Positions 8,419 through 17,425 of a stretch of DNA of 42,425 nt are shown piece after piece. The position numbers and the translations under genes were made by a program. Source of the DNA: a virus. The first letter of the stretch is position 1, and the number at the start of each line of letters is the position of its first letter. The notes beneath the pieces are model-generated. The model searched no databases. It was not told where the DNA came from and saw nothing but the letters and a program-made list of their open reading frames with translations. The stretch lies in UHGV virus genome UHGV-1357609. One strand, written 5' to 3'.

Positions 8419-9342
8419 TTATTGTTGTAATGCTTGTGACTCATTTCTTGCTTTAGTTACGTCTTGTTTGAAACTATCATACGATTGGTTAGGACTAGAT
8501 AATGCCATACCAGGCCCACCACCTATATGTTGAAATTTATCCGGATTATTTTGAATGTTTTCTGTAAGTTTTTTAGCATTTAAATATTCTTGGTAACTAG
8601 GAGAGTTTGGGTCTTGTTGTTCGGATTGCTGATTATTACTTTGTGCTGTTTGCACTTGCTTACCTTGCGTACGTTCATTATTACCATTATTGTCTTGTGA
8701 TTTGCCATTATCATTTTTAGATGTGCTTTCTGATTCGTTATTCGCAACATCTTTATTGCCTTCTTTTGAACTACTAGCAGAATCGTTTGTAATATCATCT
8801 GCTGCAGAATAATCTACGGTCTTTAGTTTACTAATATTTATTTTCTTGGTACCCAGTTTTTTACCCTCTGTGCCTTTAGTAGCTTTAAGTGTCACTTGCT
8901 TATCATTTTCTAATTCATAAGTAATAATACCTTTAGCAGTTTTACCTTTCTTAATTACATCATTGTTGTGTTTGTCCCATTCTTCGAATTTACCAGTATT
9001 AGGCGTTGGACCAACTTCAAGTTTACTTTCAGTATTTTCACTATCTTGTGTAGTCTCCATCGACGATATCCAAACATTCATTGGTGTGATTTGTTCGTCC
9101 CCGTCTTTACTTTTAACTTCGTATTTAAAAGCTAATAGTTTCTTGCCATTATCCGAATCCTTATCATTAACTAAAAATGTATCTTTTATTTTTAAAACAG
9201 CTTGATCAAGGACTAAAGTATCATTAGTGAATTGTACTTTGTTTTCATCAACGGACGTCGACTTTTTTGAATCGTTATTGTTGTTGCTACATGCCGCTAA
9301 AACTAAGAAACAAGATAATAAAATAAATAAGACTTTTTTCAT
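8419..9342 (-). CDS. Phage-encoded lipoprotein; candidate superinfection-exclusion or host-interaction protein
   Basis: Signal peptide plus lipobox (MKKVLFILLSCFLVLAAC). The mature start was reassigned to the ATG at 9342, which lies 9 nt after GAGGAG. The C-terminal tail is rich in N, S, D and Q. Confidence 0.7.
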   Translation of the reverse strand: MKKVLFILLSCFLVLAACSNNNNDSKKSTSVDENKVQFTNDTLVLDQAVLKIKDTFLVNDKDSDNGKKLLAFKYEVKSKDGDEQITPMNVWISSMETTQDSENTESKLEVGPTPNTGKFEEWDKHNNDVIKKGKTAKGIITYELENDKQVTLKATKGTEGKKLGTKKINISKLKTVDYSAADDITNDSASSSKEGNKDVANNESESTSKNDNGKSQDNNGNNERTQGKQVQTAQSNNQQSEQQDPNSPSYQEYLNAKKLTENIQNNPDKFQHIGGGPGMALSSPNQSYDSFKQDVTKARNESQALQQ

Positions 9343-9397
9343 TTTACATTTCTCCTCTGAATAAATATTTATATTAAAGCGCCACAAAGGACGCTTA

Positions 9398-10009
9398 TTA
9401 AAACAGTTTTTGACTTGCTACAACTCTACCAATTATTTTAACTTCGTCATCTTCTCCGTAAACTTGAGGTAAATGTTCTGGGTTGTTTGATTCTGGAATT
9501 AAGATAATTTGATTCTTGTTATATCTAACTCGTTTAACAGTAGCGTTATAACCATTAACCATAACGACGCCCAACTGACCATTTTCTACTATAGAATCTT
9601 TTTCGACTACAACTACATCGTTTTCTTGGAAAATTTTATCCATGCTATCGCCAGACACTCTCAAACCAAATTCTTCTTTGTCAGAATTAAGATTTTTAGT
9701 AGCGAAGTATATGTAATCAACTAAATTTTCTTCACTATAGATAGGTAAGCCTGCAGATATTTTTGAAACAACTGGAATCTTTTTGACTGGTAGGGTTTCT
9801 AGTTGAGGTTGCTCGATATCCATAATTTCCTCTGGTTTAATATTTAACCCTTTACAAATTTTGATGACATTTTCTACCTTAGCATTAAATACTCCTCTTT
9901 CTAAAATAGATCTAACAGTTGTATAAGCTAAACCAATTTCTTTTGAAAAAGCTTTTATACTCCCAGATTTCAATTCCATAAGTCGTTTTAAATCTTTTTC
10001 TTTAGTCAT
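9398..10009 (-). CDS. cI: CI-like repressor: XRE-type HTH plus S24 (LexA-like) autopeptidase domain
   Basis: N-terminal HTH motif (FSKEIGLAYTTVRSILERG). C-terminal S24 motifs (GDSM ... KRV). Transcribed divergently from a cro-like gene. Confidence 0.85.
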   Translation of the reverse strand: MTKEKDLKRLMELKSGSIKAFSKEIGLAYTTVRSILERGVFNAKVENVIKICKGLNIKPEEIMDIEQPQLETLPVKKIPVVSKISAGLPIYSEENLVDYIYFATKNLNSDKEEFGLRVSGDSMDKIFQENDVVVVEKDSIVENGQLGVVMVNGYNATVKRVRYNKNQIILIPESNNPEHLPQVYGEDDEVKIIGRVVASQKLF

Positions 10010-10205
10010 TTTCGTTTACCTCATTTCTAATTTGTACCTATATAATACCATGCGAAAAATCGTATATCAAGTAAAAATAAAAATAAAAAATGCGAATTTT
10101 AGTGTTGACTTAGTACGAAAATTCGTATACAATTTAGTTAAGCAATCGGAAAGGTTGCTAAAAATTATAATTTGGAATACGAAAATTCGTATTAGGAGGG
10201 GTACT
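10010..10205. promoter_or_regulatory. Lysis/lysogeny switch region with three operator copies overlapping divergent promoters
   Basis: Near-palindrome ATACGAAAATTCGTAT at 10177-10194 and at 10113-10130. Partial copy GCGAAAAATCGTAT at 10052-10065. Rightward promoter: TTGACT at 10105-10110, 16 bp spacer, TACAAT at 10127-10132. A TATAAT-like box lies on the minus strand at about 10040. Confidence 0.7.
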
Positions 10206-10421
10206 ATGTTGAAGAATTTCAACGATATTAGAAAAGAGAAAAAAGTATCTCTGGTTGATTTAGCAGACTTATTAGAAGTCAGATACCAAACGGTAGCAGA
10301 TAAGATAAATGGTGTTTCTGATTTTAAATTTGGAGAGGCATTACTTATTAAAAATGAATATTTTCCAGAGTATGACATTGAATATCTTTTTGAAAAAGAA
10401 AAAGAACGACAAACAAATTAA
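10206..10421 (+). CDS. cro: Cro-like HTH regulator
   Basis: The RBS GGAGGGG precedes the ATG at 10206. It is a small HTH protein encoded divergently from cI. Confidence 0.7.
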   Translation: MLKNFNDIRKEKKVSLVDLADLLEVRYQTVADKINGVSDFKFGEALLIKNEYFPEYDIEYLFEKEKERQTN

Positions 10422-10434
10422 AGGAGGAATTCAA

Positions 10435-11151
10435 ATGCAAGATTTACAAATTTTCAATTTTGAAGAATTACCAGTAAGGACGTTAACAGTAAATGAGGAA
10501 CCATTTTTCGTCGGTAAAGATGTAGCGGAAATCTTGGGCTACTCAAACACGAGAGACGCATTATATAGACACGTTGACGGTGAAGATAAGGACGTCGTGA
10601 AACTCGACACCCTTGGTGGTAAACAAAGTCAAACTATTATCAACGAATCAGGATTATACAGCTTAATATTCTCATCAAAATTAGAATCAGCTAAACGTTT
10701 CAAACGCTGGGTAACATCAGAAGTTTTACCTACATTAAGAAAAACTGGAACTTATCAAATACCTAATGATCCAATGCAAGCATTAAAACTGATGTTTGAA
10801 GCAACGGAACAAACTAAAGAAGAAATTGCAACAGTGAAAGCAGATGTTATTGATATCAAAGAAAATCAAAAGCTAGATGCAGGAGAATACGGATTGATAA
10901 CAAAAACAGTTCATCAACGCGTTGCTTATATCAGACAAATTCACGGACTACCTAATAATAAAGAAGTTAACAAACCTTTATATAGAGATATTAACAGTAA
11001 CGTAAATACGATGGCTGGTATTAAAACAAGAACACAATTAAAACAAAAACATTTCGATGACGTAATGAATATGATCACAAATTGGTTTCCATCTCAATCA
11101 ACAATGTATGTCATCAAACAGTTAGAAATGGACTTTGAAAACGAAGTATAA
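10435..11151 (+). CDS. ant: Antirepressor (Bro-N domain protein)
   Basis: Bro-N motif: FNFEELPVRTLTVNEEPFFVGKDVAEILGY...SGLYSLIFSSKLESAKRFKRWVTSEVLP. The RBS is AAAGGAGG. Confidence 0.8.
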   Translation: MQDLQIFNFEELPVRTLTVNEEPFFVGKDVAEILGYSNTRDALYRHVDGEDKDVVKLDTLGGKQSQTIINESGLYSLIFSSKLESAKRFKRWVTSEVLPTLRKTGTYQIPNDPMQALKLMFEATEQTKEEIATVKADVIDIKENQKLDAGEYGLITKTVHQRVAYIRQIHGLPNNKEVNKPLYRDINSNVNTMAGIKTRTQLKQKHFDDVMNMITNWFPSQSTMYVIKQLEMDFENEV

Positions 11152-11154
11152 GGA

Positions 11155-11373
11155 GTGATAGCAATGGAATACATTGGATTTGCGGACGCTATCGAGTTTG
11201 TGAAAATAAGTGGAATTTCTAAAAACGATTTAGAAAAGCACGTTTATAGCAATAAAGAGTTCCAAGAGAAATGTATGTACAGATTTGGCAAGAATCATAA
11301 ACGCTACATCAAGATTAGACCGGCAATTGACTTTATAGAACAAAAATTAATGGTGTCAGAAACGGCACTTTAG
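11155..11373 (+). CDS. Hypothetical early protein
   Basis: ORF with an upstream RBS (AAGGAG), located in the early operon. Confidence 0.4.
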   Translation: MIAMEYIGFADAIEFVKISGISKNDLEKHVYSNKEFQEKCMYRFGKNHKRYIKIRPAIDFIEQKLMVSETAL

Positions 11374-11430
11374 AGGAGTTTTACTGAAGAAAGAGGATAT
11401 ATCGAAAAACTTTTAGAAAGGGTGGATTAA

Positions 11431-11607
11431 ATGAAGTACTTACTAAGTTACATGACGATGTTTATCGCAATGATTATCACATTACTTTTAGGAGGTGGTT
11501 TCTTTACGGTAATAGCATTTTCAATGTTAACCCTTATTTTCAGCAGTTTCTTCTGGGAGAAGTGGCTTGAGATAACAAAAAAGACTGAAACTTGCGCCAA
11601 CAAGTAA
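11431..11607 (+). CDS. Small membrane protein (58 aa, 2 TM segments), not in the ORF track
   Basis: Hand-translated: MKYLLSYMTMFIAMIITLLLGGGFFTVIAFSMLTLIFSSFFWEKW... The RBS is GGTGG. Confidence 0.4.
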   Translation: MKYLLSYMTMFIAMIITLLLGGGFFTVIAFSMLTLIFSSFFWEKWLEITKKTETCANK

Positions 11608-11668
11608 CAGTCAGAATCTAATCAAAATATACAACTTAATTTAATCAAAATATACGGAGGTAGTCAAT

Positions 11669-11920
11669 ATGAAACATAAACTTTTAAAAATAGCCAATGA
11701 TTTAAATAAATTAATTTTGCATAGTGATGAAGAAGTGAAAGCAGAATTTCAAAAATATTATGAGGGGGAAGTTAGTATCACCTTTTGGCACTACTCTAAA
11801 AAATATGAAAGTAACTGTAATCATCTAAGTTTCTATGAATTTCACACAGATGAAGAATTACAGAAATATTTTGAATTAGCAAAAGAAGTTATTGCAGGGG
11901 AGTGTTTTATTGATGAGTAA
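11669..11920 (+). CDS. Hypothetical protein
   Basis: ORF with the RBS GGAGG. Confidence 0.4.
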   Translation: MKHKLLKIANDLNKLILHSDEEVKAEFQKYYEGEVSITFWHYSKKYESNCNHLSFYEFHTDEELQKYFELAKEVIAGECFIDE

Positions 11921-12398
11921 TTTATTCGAATTAAAAAATAGTTACCAACAAGTTTACGACCTTATTGCAGAACAAGAAGACGAACAAATTTTAAAAGATA
12001 CTTTATCAAGTATTAATGACGCTATCGAAGATAAAGCAGATGGATATGTAGCAGTCATTAAGTCTTTAGAAGCAGATAACAATGCTATAGACGAAGAAAT
12101 AAAACGATTAAGACAACGTAAAACTTCTAACCAAAACGGTGTCAAACGTTTAAAAGAAAGTTTACAGGAAGTCATGGAACAAACTGGAAAAGAGAAGTTC
12201 AAAACTGCGCTTAATTCGTACAGCATTGCTAACAACCCACCTAGCTTAGATGTCACAGATGAAAGTTTAATACCTAAACAATATTACGTCGAACAAGAAC
12301 CTAAGCTAGATAAAAAAGAGTTGTTGAAAGCTGTTAAAGGTGGTTTAGAACTCAAAGGAGTAGAACTAAAACAAAATAGAAGTTTGAGGGTGAGATAA
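11913..12398 (+). CDS. Gp157-like coiled-coil protein (siphovirus Gp157 family)
   Basis: Coiled-coil acidic protein located immediately upstream of the Sak4-like ATPase. The start was reassigned to the ATG at 11913. Confidence 0.55.
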   Translation: MSNLFELKNSYQQVYDLIAEQEDEQILKDTLSSINDAIEDKADGYVAVIKSLEADNNAIDEEIKRLRQRKTSNQNGVKRLKESLQEVMEQTGKEKFKTALNSYSIANNPPSLDVTDESLIPKQYYVEQEPKLDKKELLKAVKGGLELKGVELKQNRSLRVR

Positions 12399-13175
12399 AT
12401 GGCAGAAGAAAAACAAGAACAGGATATCCTAACTCAACTTGGAGTAAAAGACATCAGCAAGCAAAATGCTAATAAATTTTACAAATTTGCCATATACGGA
12501 AAATTCGGTACAGGTAAAACAACTTTTTTAACTAAAGACAATAACGCACTTGTGCTCGACATTAATGAAGACGGAACAACAGTTACAGAAGATGGCGCAG
12601 TAGTACAAATAAAAAACTACAAACACTTTGCTTATGTAATAAAAATGTTGCCTCAAGTAATTGAGAAGCTAAGAGAAAACGGAAAGCAAATAGATGTAGT
12701 AGTGATTGAAACAATACAGAAACTGCGCGATATCACTATTGACGACATCATGAATGGTAAGACTAAGAAACCGACATTTAATGATTGGGGAGAATGTGCT
12801 ACACGTATTGTTCATATGTATAGATATGTCTCTAAGTTACAAGAACAATATCAATTCCATTTAGCGATAAGTGGTCATGAAGGTATCAACAAAGATAAAG
12901 ACGATGAAGGCAGCACGATTAATCCCACTATCACGATTGAGGCACAAGATCAAATAAGAAAAGCAGTTGTAAGTCAATCAGATGTTTTAGCAAGAATGAC
13001 AATTGAAGAGCATGAGGAGAACGGACAAAAGTCATATGAGTATGTGCTTAACGCTGAACCCTCTAATTTATTTGAAACCAAAATAAGACATGCAAGCAAT
13101 ATAACAATTAACAATAAGAAATTTGTAAACCCTAGCATTACGGACGTAGTACAAGCAATCAGAAATGGAAATTAA
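12399..13175 (+). CDS. Sak4-like RecA/Rad51-paralog ATPase (single-strand annealing/recombination)
   Basis: Walker A motif GKFGTGKTT and Walker B motif VVVIE. Confidence 0.75.
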   Translation: MAEEKQEQDILTQLGVKDISKQNANKFYKFAIYGKFGTGKTTFLTKDNNALVLDINEDGTTVTEDGAVVQIKNYKHFAYVIKMLPQVIEKLRENGKQIDVVVIETIQKLRDITIDDIMNGKTKKPTFNDWGECATRIVHMYRYVSKLQEQYQFHLAISGHEGINKDKDDEGSTINPTITIEAQDQIRKAVVSQSDVLARMTIEEHEENGQKSYEYVLNAEPSNLFETKIRHASNITINNKKFVNPSITDVVQAIRNGN

Positions 13176-13203
13176 AAATAACTAATAAGGACGGTATAAA
13201 ATT

Positions 13204-13758
13204 ATGAAGATTACAGGACAAGCGCAACACACTAAAGAAACTAATCAAGAGGCATTTATGAAAGGCGGAGACTTCTTAGGAGCAGGAGAATTCACAGTTA
13301 AAGTAAAAGATGTTGAATTTAATGACAAAGAAGGAAGATATTTCACTATCGTATTTGAAAATAACGAAGGTAAACAATACAAACACAATCAATTTGTACC
13401 ACCATTCCAACAAGACTTCCAAGAAAGACAATATATCGAATTATTAAGTAGACTAGGAATTCAACTTAATTTGCCTGATTTAACTTTCGATACAGACAGA
13501 TTAATTAACAAAATGGGAACAATCGTACTTAAAAATAAGTTTAACGAAGATCAAGGAAAGTATTTCGTCAGATTATCTTTTGTAAAAGTTTGGAACAAAG
13601 GTGACGAAATCGTAAATAAACCCGAACCTAAAACTGATGAAATGAAACAACGTGAGCAACAAGCCAACGGACAGCAAACGCCAATGACAAAACAAGATAA
13701 CCCGTTTGCAAATGCTAATGGACCGATTGATATTAGTAATGATGACTTACCTTTCTAG
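13204..13758 (+). CDS. DUF669-like protein, a partner of Sak4 and possibly ssDNA-binding
   Basis: Conserved position after Sak4, plus an acidic C-terminal tail (DDLPF) like that of SSB proteins. Confidence 0.45.
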   Translation: MKITGQAQHTKETNQEAFMKGGDFLGAGEFTVKVKDVEFNDKEGRYFTIVFENNEGKQYKHNQFVPPFQQDFQERQYIELLSRLGIQLNLPDLTFDTDRLINKMGTIVLKNKFNEDQGKYFVRLSFVKVWNKGDEIVNKPEPKTDEMKQREQQANGQQTPMTKQDNPFANANGPIDISNDDLPF

Positions 13759-13769
13759 GAAGTGATTAA

Positions 13770-14444
13770 ATGCAACACATTACAAGATACCAGCGAGATA
13801 ACGACGGTACTTATTCCGTCGTTGCGACTGGTGTTGAATTAGAACAAAGTCATATTGACTTATTAGAAAATGGTTACTCACTCATTGCAGAAGTTGAAGT
13901 ACCTGATAACAAAAAATTATCAATAGAACAACGTAAAAAGATTTTTGCATTATGTAGAGATATTGAGTTGCACTGGGGAGAACCTGTGGAATCGCTAAGG
14001 AAAAGGTTTCAATCAGAACTCGAAATTATGAACGGTTACGATGAAATAAGTTTACGTGACTGTTCAATGAGAGTGGCAAGAGAATTGATAGAACTGATTA
14101 TCGCTTTTATGTTCCATCATCAAATACCAATGAGAGTAGAAACAAGTAAGTTATTAAGTGGGGACAAATCAATGTTGTATTGGGCAACGGTCAATCGAAA
14201 CTGTGTACTATGCGGGGAATCAAATGCCGACCTTGCACATCACTACGCAATAGGTCGTGGTGCTAACCGTAAGAAGATGCAGCATTACGATTATGAAGTG
14301 TTGGCTTTATGCAGACGACACCACCAAGAACAGCACAACATAGGCGTTAAGTCATTCGACGAAAAATATATCTTACAAGATAGCTGGATAAAAGTTGATG
14401 AGCGCTTAAACAAAATGTTGAGAGGAGTAAAAAATGATAGATAG
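13770..14444 (+). CDS. Conserved phage protein with a C-terminal Cys/His cluster (HNH-like or zinc-binding, DUF968-type)
   Basis: Motifs CVLCGESNADLAHHY...CRRHHQEQHN. Confidence 0.4.
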   Translation: MQHITRYQRDNDGTYSVVATGVELEQSHIDLLENGYSLIAEVEVPDNKKLSIEQRKKIFALCRDIELHWGEPVESLRKRFQSELEIMNGYDEISLRDCSMRVARELIELIIAFMFHHQIPMRVETSKLLSGDKSMLYWATVNRNCVLCGESNADLAHHYAIGRGANRKKMQHYDYEVLALCRRHHQEQHNIGVKSFDEKYILQDSWIKVDERLNKMLRGVKNDR

Positions 14445-14643
14445 ATTTGATGTAGGAGAACGTATAAATGAACGAAGAACACGATTAGGAATGACACAAA
14501 AAGAATTAGCTATTAAAACTGATACAACAAAATCAACAGTTCAAAAATGGGAATCTGGTATGCATTTACCTAAAAAAGAAACAATCCCTAAAATAGCTAA
14601 ACATCTAAAATATAGCGAAGGATATCTATTGTACGGGGAGTGA
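14434..14643 (+). CDS. XRE-family HTH regulator
   Basis: HTH motif LGMTQKELAIKTDTTKSTVQKWESG. Confidence 0.65.
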   Translation: MIDRFDVGERINERRTRLGMTQKELAIKTDTTKSTVQKWESGMHLPKKETIPKIAKHLKYSEGYLLYGE

Positions 14644-14648
14644 TAGAA

Positions 14649-14858
14649 ATGACTTTAGGTAGTCGTATTAAACAACACAGACAGGACAAAGGTCTGAATA
14701 TGAGAGAGTTTGGAGAATTAATTGACAATGCGTCAGACAGTATTGTTAGTAGGTGGGAAAAAGACATTTCAAAACCTAACGTTAAGCGACTTAAATTAAT
14801 CGCTGATGACATGAATATTACTGTAACAGAGTTACTGAATGGAAGTGATAAAACGTGA
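14649..14858 (+). CDS. Second XRE-family HTH regulator, in tandem with the first
   Basis: HTH motif GLNMREFGELIDNASDSIVSRWE. The RBS GGGGAG precedes the ATG at 14649. Confidence 0.6.
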   Translation: MTLGSRIKQHRQDKGLNMREFGELIDNASDSIVSRWEKDISKPNVKRLKLIADDMNITVTELLNGSDKT

Positions 14859-15628
14859 GCAATCTACTAATTGACGATTATCCAATACTTGTACTTCCTG
14901 CGTTAGCAAGTGAGATAGGACTTAATGAAGCAATTGTATTACAACAAATGCACTACTGGTTGAAGAAAAGTAATCATAACTACGATGGTAGACGCTGGAT
15001 ATACAATTCATTCCCTGAATGGCAAAAACACTTTCCTTTTTGGTCTGTAATGACAATCAAGCGTGCAGTATATAGTTTAGAAAAACAAAATCTATTGTAT
15101 GTAGGCAACTATAACAAAGCTAAATTCGATAAAACGAAGTGGTACAGCATCAATTATGAAAAGTTAGAAGGTATGAAACGACCATCGTATCAAAATGATA
15201 CGACGAACGTATCAAAAAGAAACGATGGAGTGTATCAAAATGATACGACCAATACCAGAGACTACACAGAGATTACTACAGAGACTACTAACAATAATAT
15301 ATTGTCGGGCAACCCGACTGCGTCTCGAATACCTTATAAAGAAATTGTTGATTACCTAAATGAGAAAACTGGTAAAAACTTCAAGCATAAAACAGCTAAA
15401 ACAAGAAAGTTTATTGAAGCAAGATGGAACCAAGATTTTAGATTGGATGATTTTAAAAAGGTGATTGATGTCAAAACTGATGAGTGGTTAAACACAGACA
15501 GTGATAAGTACCTTCGACCTGAAACGTTATTCGGTACTAAATTTGAAGGTTATCTAAATCAAAAGACAAAATCAACTGGCATGGATCAACTAGAAAGAAT
15601 GAAGTATGACGAGAGTTATTGGGACTAG
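14855..15628 (+). CDS. Replisome organiser / replication initiator (DnaD-like N-terminal domain)
   Basis: N-terminal DnaD-like motif (ILVLPALASEIGLNEAIVLQQMHYW). The gene contains internal iterons and is followed by a DnaC-like gene. Confidence 0.7.
   Translation: MSNLLIDDYPILVLPALASEIGLNEAIVLQQMHYWLKKSNHNYDGRRWIYNSFPEWQKHFPFWSVMTIKRAVYSLEKQNLLYVGNYNKAKFDKTKWYSINYEKLEGMKRPSYQNDTTNVSKRNDGVYQNDTTNTRDYTEITTETTNNNILSGNPTASRIPYKEIVDYLNEKTGKNFKHKTAKTRKFIEARWNQDFRLDDFKKVIDVKTDEWLNTDSDKYLRPETLFGTKFEGYLNQKTKSTGMDQLERMKYDESYWD
15186..15249. repeat. Iteron-like direct repeats, each built on the palindrome GTATCAAAATGATAC, inside the initiator gene (candidate origin)
   Basis: CGTATCAAAATGATACGAC at 15186-15204. 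Degenerate copy at 15208-15228. GTATCAAAATGATACGAC at 15232-15249. Confidence 0.6.
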
Positions 15629-15640
15629 GAGTGATTATAA

Positions 15641-16411
15641 ATGCAATCAATGGAAAGTTTAGCTAGAAATATCAAACCTAGTAAAAACATCGTAGAAGAA
15701 CAACACAACCTTAAATGTAGTAAGTGTGGAAACACATACGACTATTACAAGTTTAGTAACGGACACGAGTTTAGACATGGTTGTGACTGTTCAATGATAC
15801 AAGCTGGTAAAGAAGCAGAGAAGAAACGTAAGCAAAAATATATAAATAATATCTTCAATCAATCTACTGTAAACGGTTCGCTAAGAGATGCAACAGTAAA
15901 TAATTACAAACCTCAGAACGAAAAGCAAATATACGCCAAAAAAACAGCCATAGAGTACGTCAAAACATTCTCGGTAGATAAACCCAAGTCTTTAATCTTA
16001 CAAGGCTCATATGGTACCGGAAAAAGCCATATAGCGTATGCCATAGCTAAAGCAATTAAAAACGAAGGATATTCAGTCGCTTTTATGCACATTCCAATGT
16101 TGATGGAGCGCATCAAAGCGACATATAACAAGAATGCTGCAGAAACAACAGATGAACTTGTACAACTACTAAGTAACATAGATTTACTAGTACTTGATGA
16201 TATAGGTGTAGAGAACACTGAACACACATTAAATAAACTATTCAGCATAGTAGATAACAGAGTTGGTAAGAATAATATATTTACTACAAATTTTAGTGAT
16301 AAAGAACTTAATCAAAATATGAATTGGCAACGGATTAATTCAAGAATGAAACATAACGCTAGAACCGTAAAGGTACTAGGCGATGACTACAGGGAGCGTG
16401 ACGCATGGTAA
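15641..16411 (+). CDS. DnaC/IstB-like helicase loader ATPase with an N-terminal Cys cluster
   Basis: Walker A motif GSYGTGKSH and Walker B motif LLVLDDIG. N-terminal cluster CSKCG...HGCDC. Confidence 0.8.
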   Translation: MQSMESLARNIKPSKNIVEEQHNLKCSKCGNTYDYYKFSNGHEFRHGCDCSMIQAGKEAEKKRKQKYINNIFNQSTVNGSLRDATVNNYKPQNEKQIYAKKTAIEYVKTFSVDKPKSLILQGSYGTGKSHIAYAIAKAIKNEGYSVAFMHIPMLMERIKATYNKNAAETTDELVQLLSNIDLLVLDDIGVENTEHTLNKLFSIVDNRVGKNNIFTTNFSDKELNQNMNWQRINSRMKHNARTVKVLGDDYRERDAW

Positions 16412-16567
16412 CGAAAGAGAATGTTATGCAAATACTTGAGTGTTCCGATGTGTATGCTCAAAAAATGATTGATTGGTGCAGTGGTAATCAAACTGCACTT
16501 ATCAAGTTAATTAATGACAAGCTAGAAGAAAAAAGCAACAGACAGGCAATAACGGAGGTGTCCTAAT
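16406..16567 (+). CDS. Small hypothetical protein (53 aa), not in the ORF track
   Basis: Its start overlaps the dnaC-like stop (ATGGTAA) and its stop overlaps the next gene's start. Confidence 0.35.
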
Positions 16568-16811
16568 GGGACTTATCGACGGACTTAAAAAGCAATACAC
16601 GTTATATCAGATTGACGGTTGGAAGATGTGCAGTGTAACGCCGTTAGGAGAAGATACATTCAAACTAGGTAACTATGCAGGCATACACTTTAGAAACACA
16701 TTCTCAGGAACAGTAACGAAAGATGAACTAGAAAAACTGAAACGCAAACATAAGTTGTTCAGAAAAGAAGAACTGCAACAACAGATGACGATTAACGAAT
16801 TATTATTTTGA
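16566..16811 (+). CDS. Hypothetical protein
   Basis: ORF in the operon, translationally coupled to its neighbours. Confidence 0.4.
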   Translation: MGLIDGLKKQYTLYQIDGWKMCSVTPLGEDTFKLGNYAGIHFRNTFSGTVTKDELEKLKRKHKLFRKEELQQQMTINELLF

Positions 16812-16819
16812 GGTGAGTT

Positions 16820-17227
16820 ATGGAAATAGAGATTAATTTTAATGATACGTATAAGGAACCTATCGGCTCTCCTCGTCCACGTTTTAGGAATGCAGGTAAG
16901 TTTATCCAAACATACATGCCGACGTCTTATACGAAGCATAAAGCGTATATACAGAGTCAATTACCTAAAAAGATGTTGAACAGTAGATTGAAAGTATCGA
17001 TATATTTTTACTTCGCACCACCTAAGAGTTGGACTAAGAATCAAAAGTTAATATCGATAGGCCAATACAAACGTACGAAACCAGATATAGACAATTTAAT
17101 CAAAACAGTGCTAGACGCTGCTAACGATCACTTATGGAAAGACGATAACCAAATTGCACACATTGAAAGCTTTAAGCAATATGCAGAAGAACCAAAAATA
17201 ATCATGAATGTAGAGGAAGTGGAGTGA
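16820..17227 (+). CDS. rusA: RusA-like Holliday junction resolvase
   Basis: Motif KPDIDNLIKTVLDAANDHLWKDDNQI. Confidence 0.75.
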   Translation: MEIEINFNDTYKEPIGSPRPRFRNAGKFIQTYMPTSYTKHKAYIQSQLPKKMLNSRLKVSIYFYFAPPKSWTKNQKLISIGQYKRTKPDIDNLIKTVLDAANDHLWKDDNQIAHIESFKQYAEEPKIIMNVEEVE

Positions 17228-17425
17228 ATGTACAAAGGAACAATAGAAATCAAAGCGAAAGTTGATATGAAAGTGAAAGTTCCTGTTGAAGTCAACAGAG
17301 TAAGCGATATGTATGAAGAGGAAGAATTCTATAACAAGTTATACCACGATGATAAAGACAAGTTTTTGTCAGAAGCAGAAGTTGTAGGAGTAGATATAGA
17401 TGAAACTGGATGGGAGTTGAATTAA
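17228..17425 (+). CDS. Hypothetical protein
   Basis: ORF in the operon. Confidence 0.4.
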   Translation: MYKGTIEIKAKVDMKVKVPVEVNRVSDMYEEEEFYNKLYHDDKDKFLSEAEVVGVDIDETGWELN

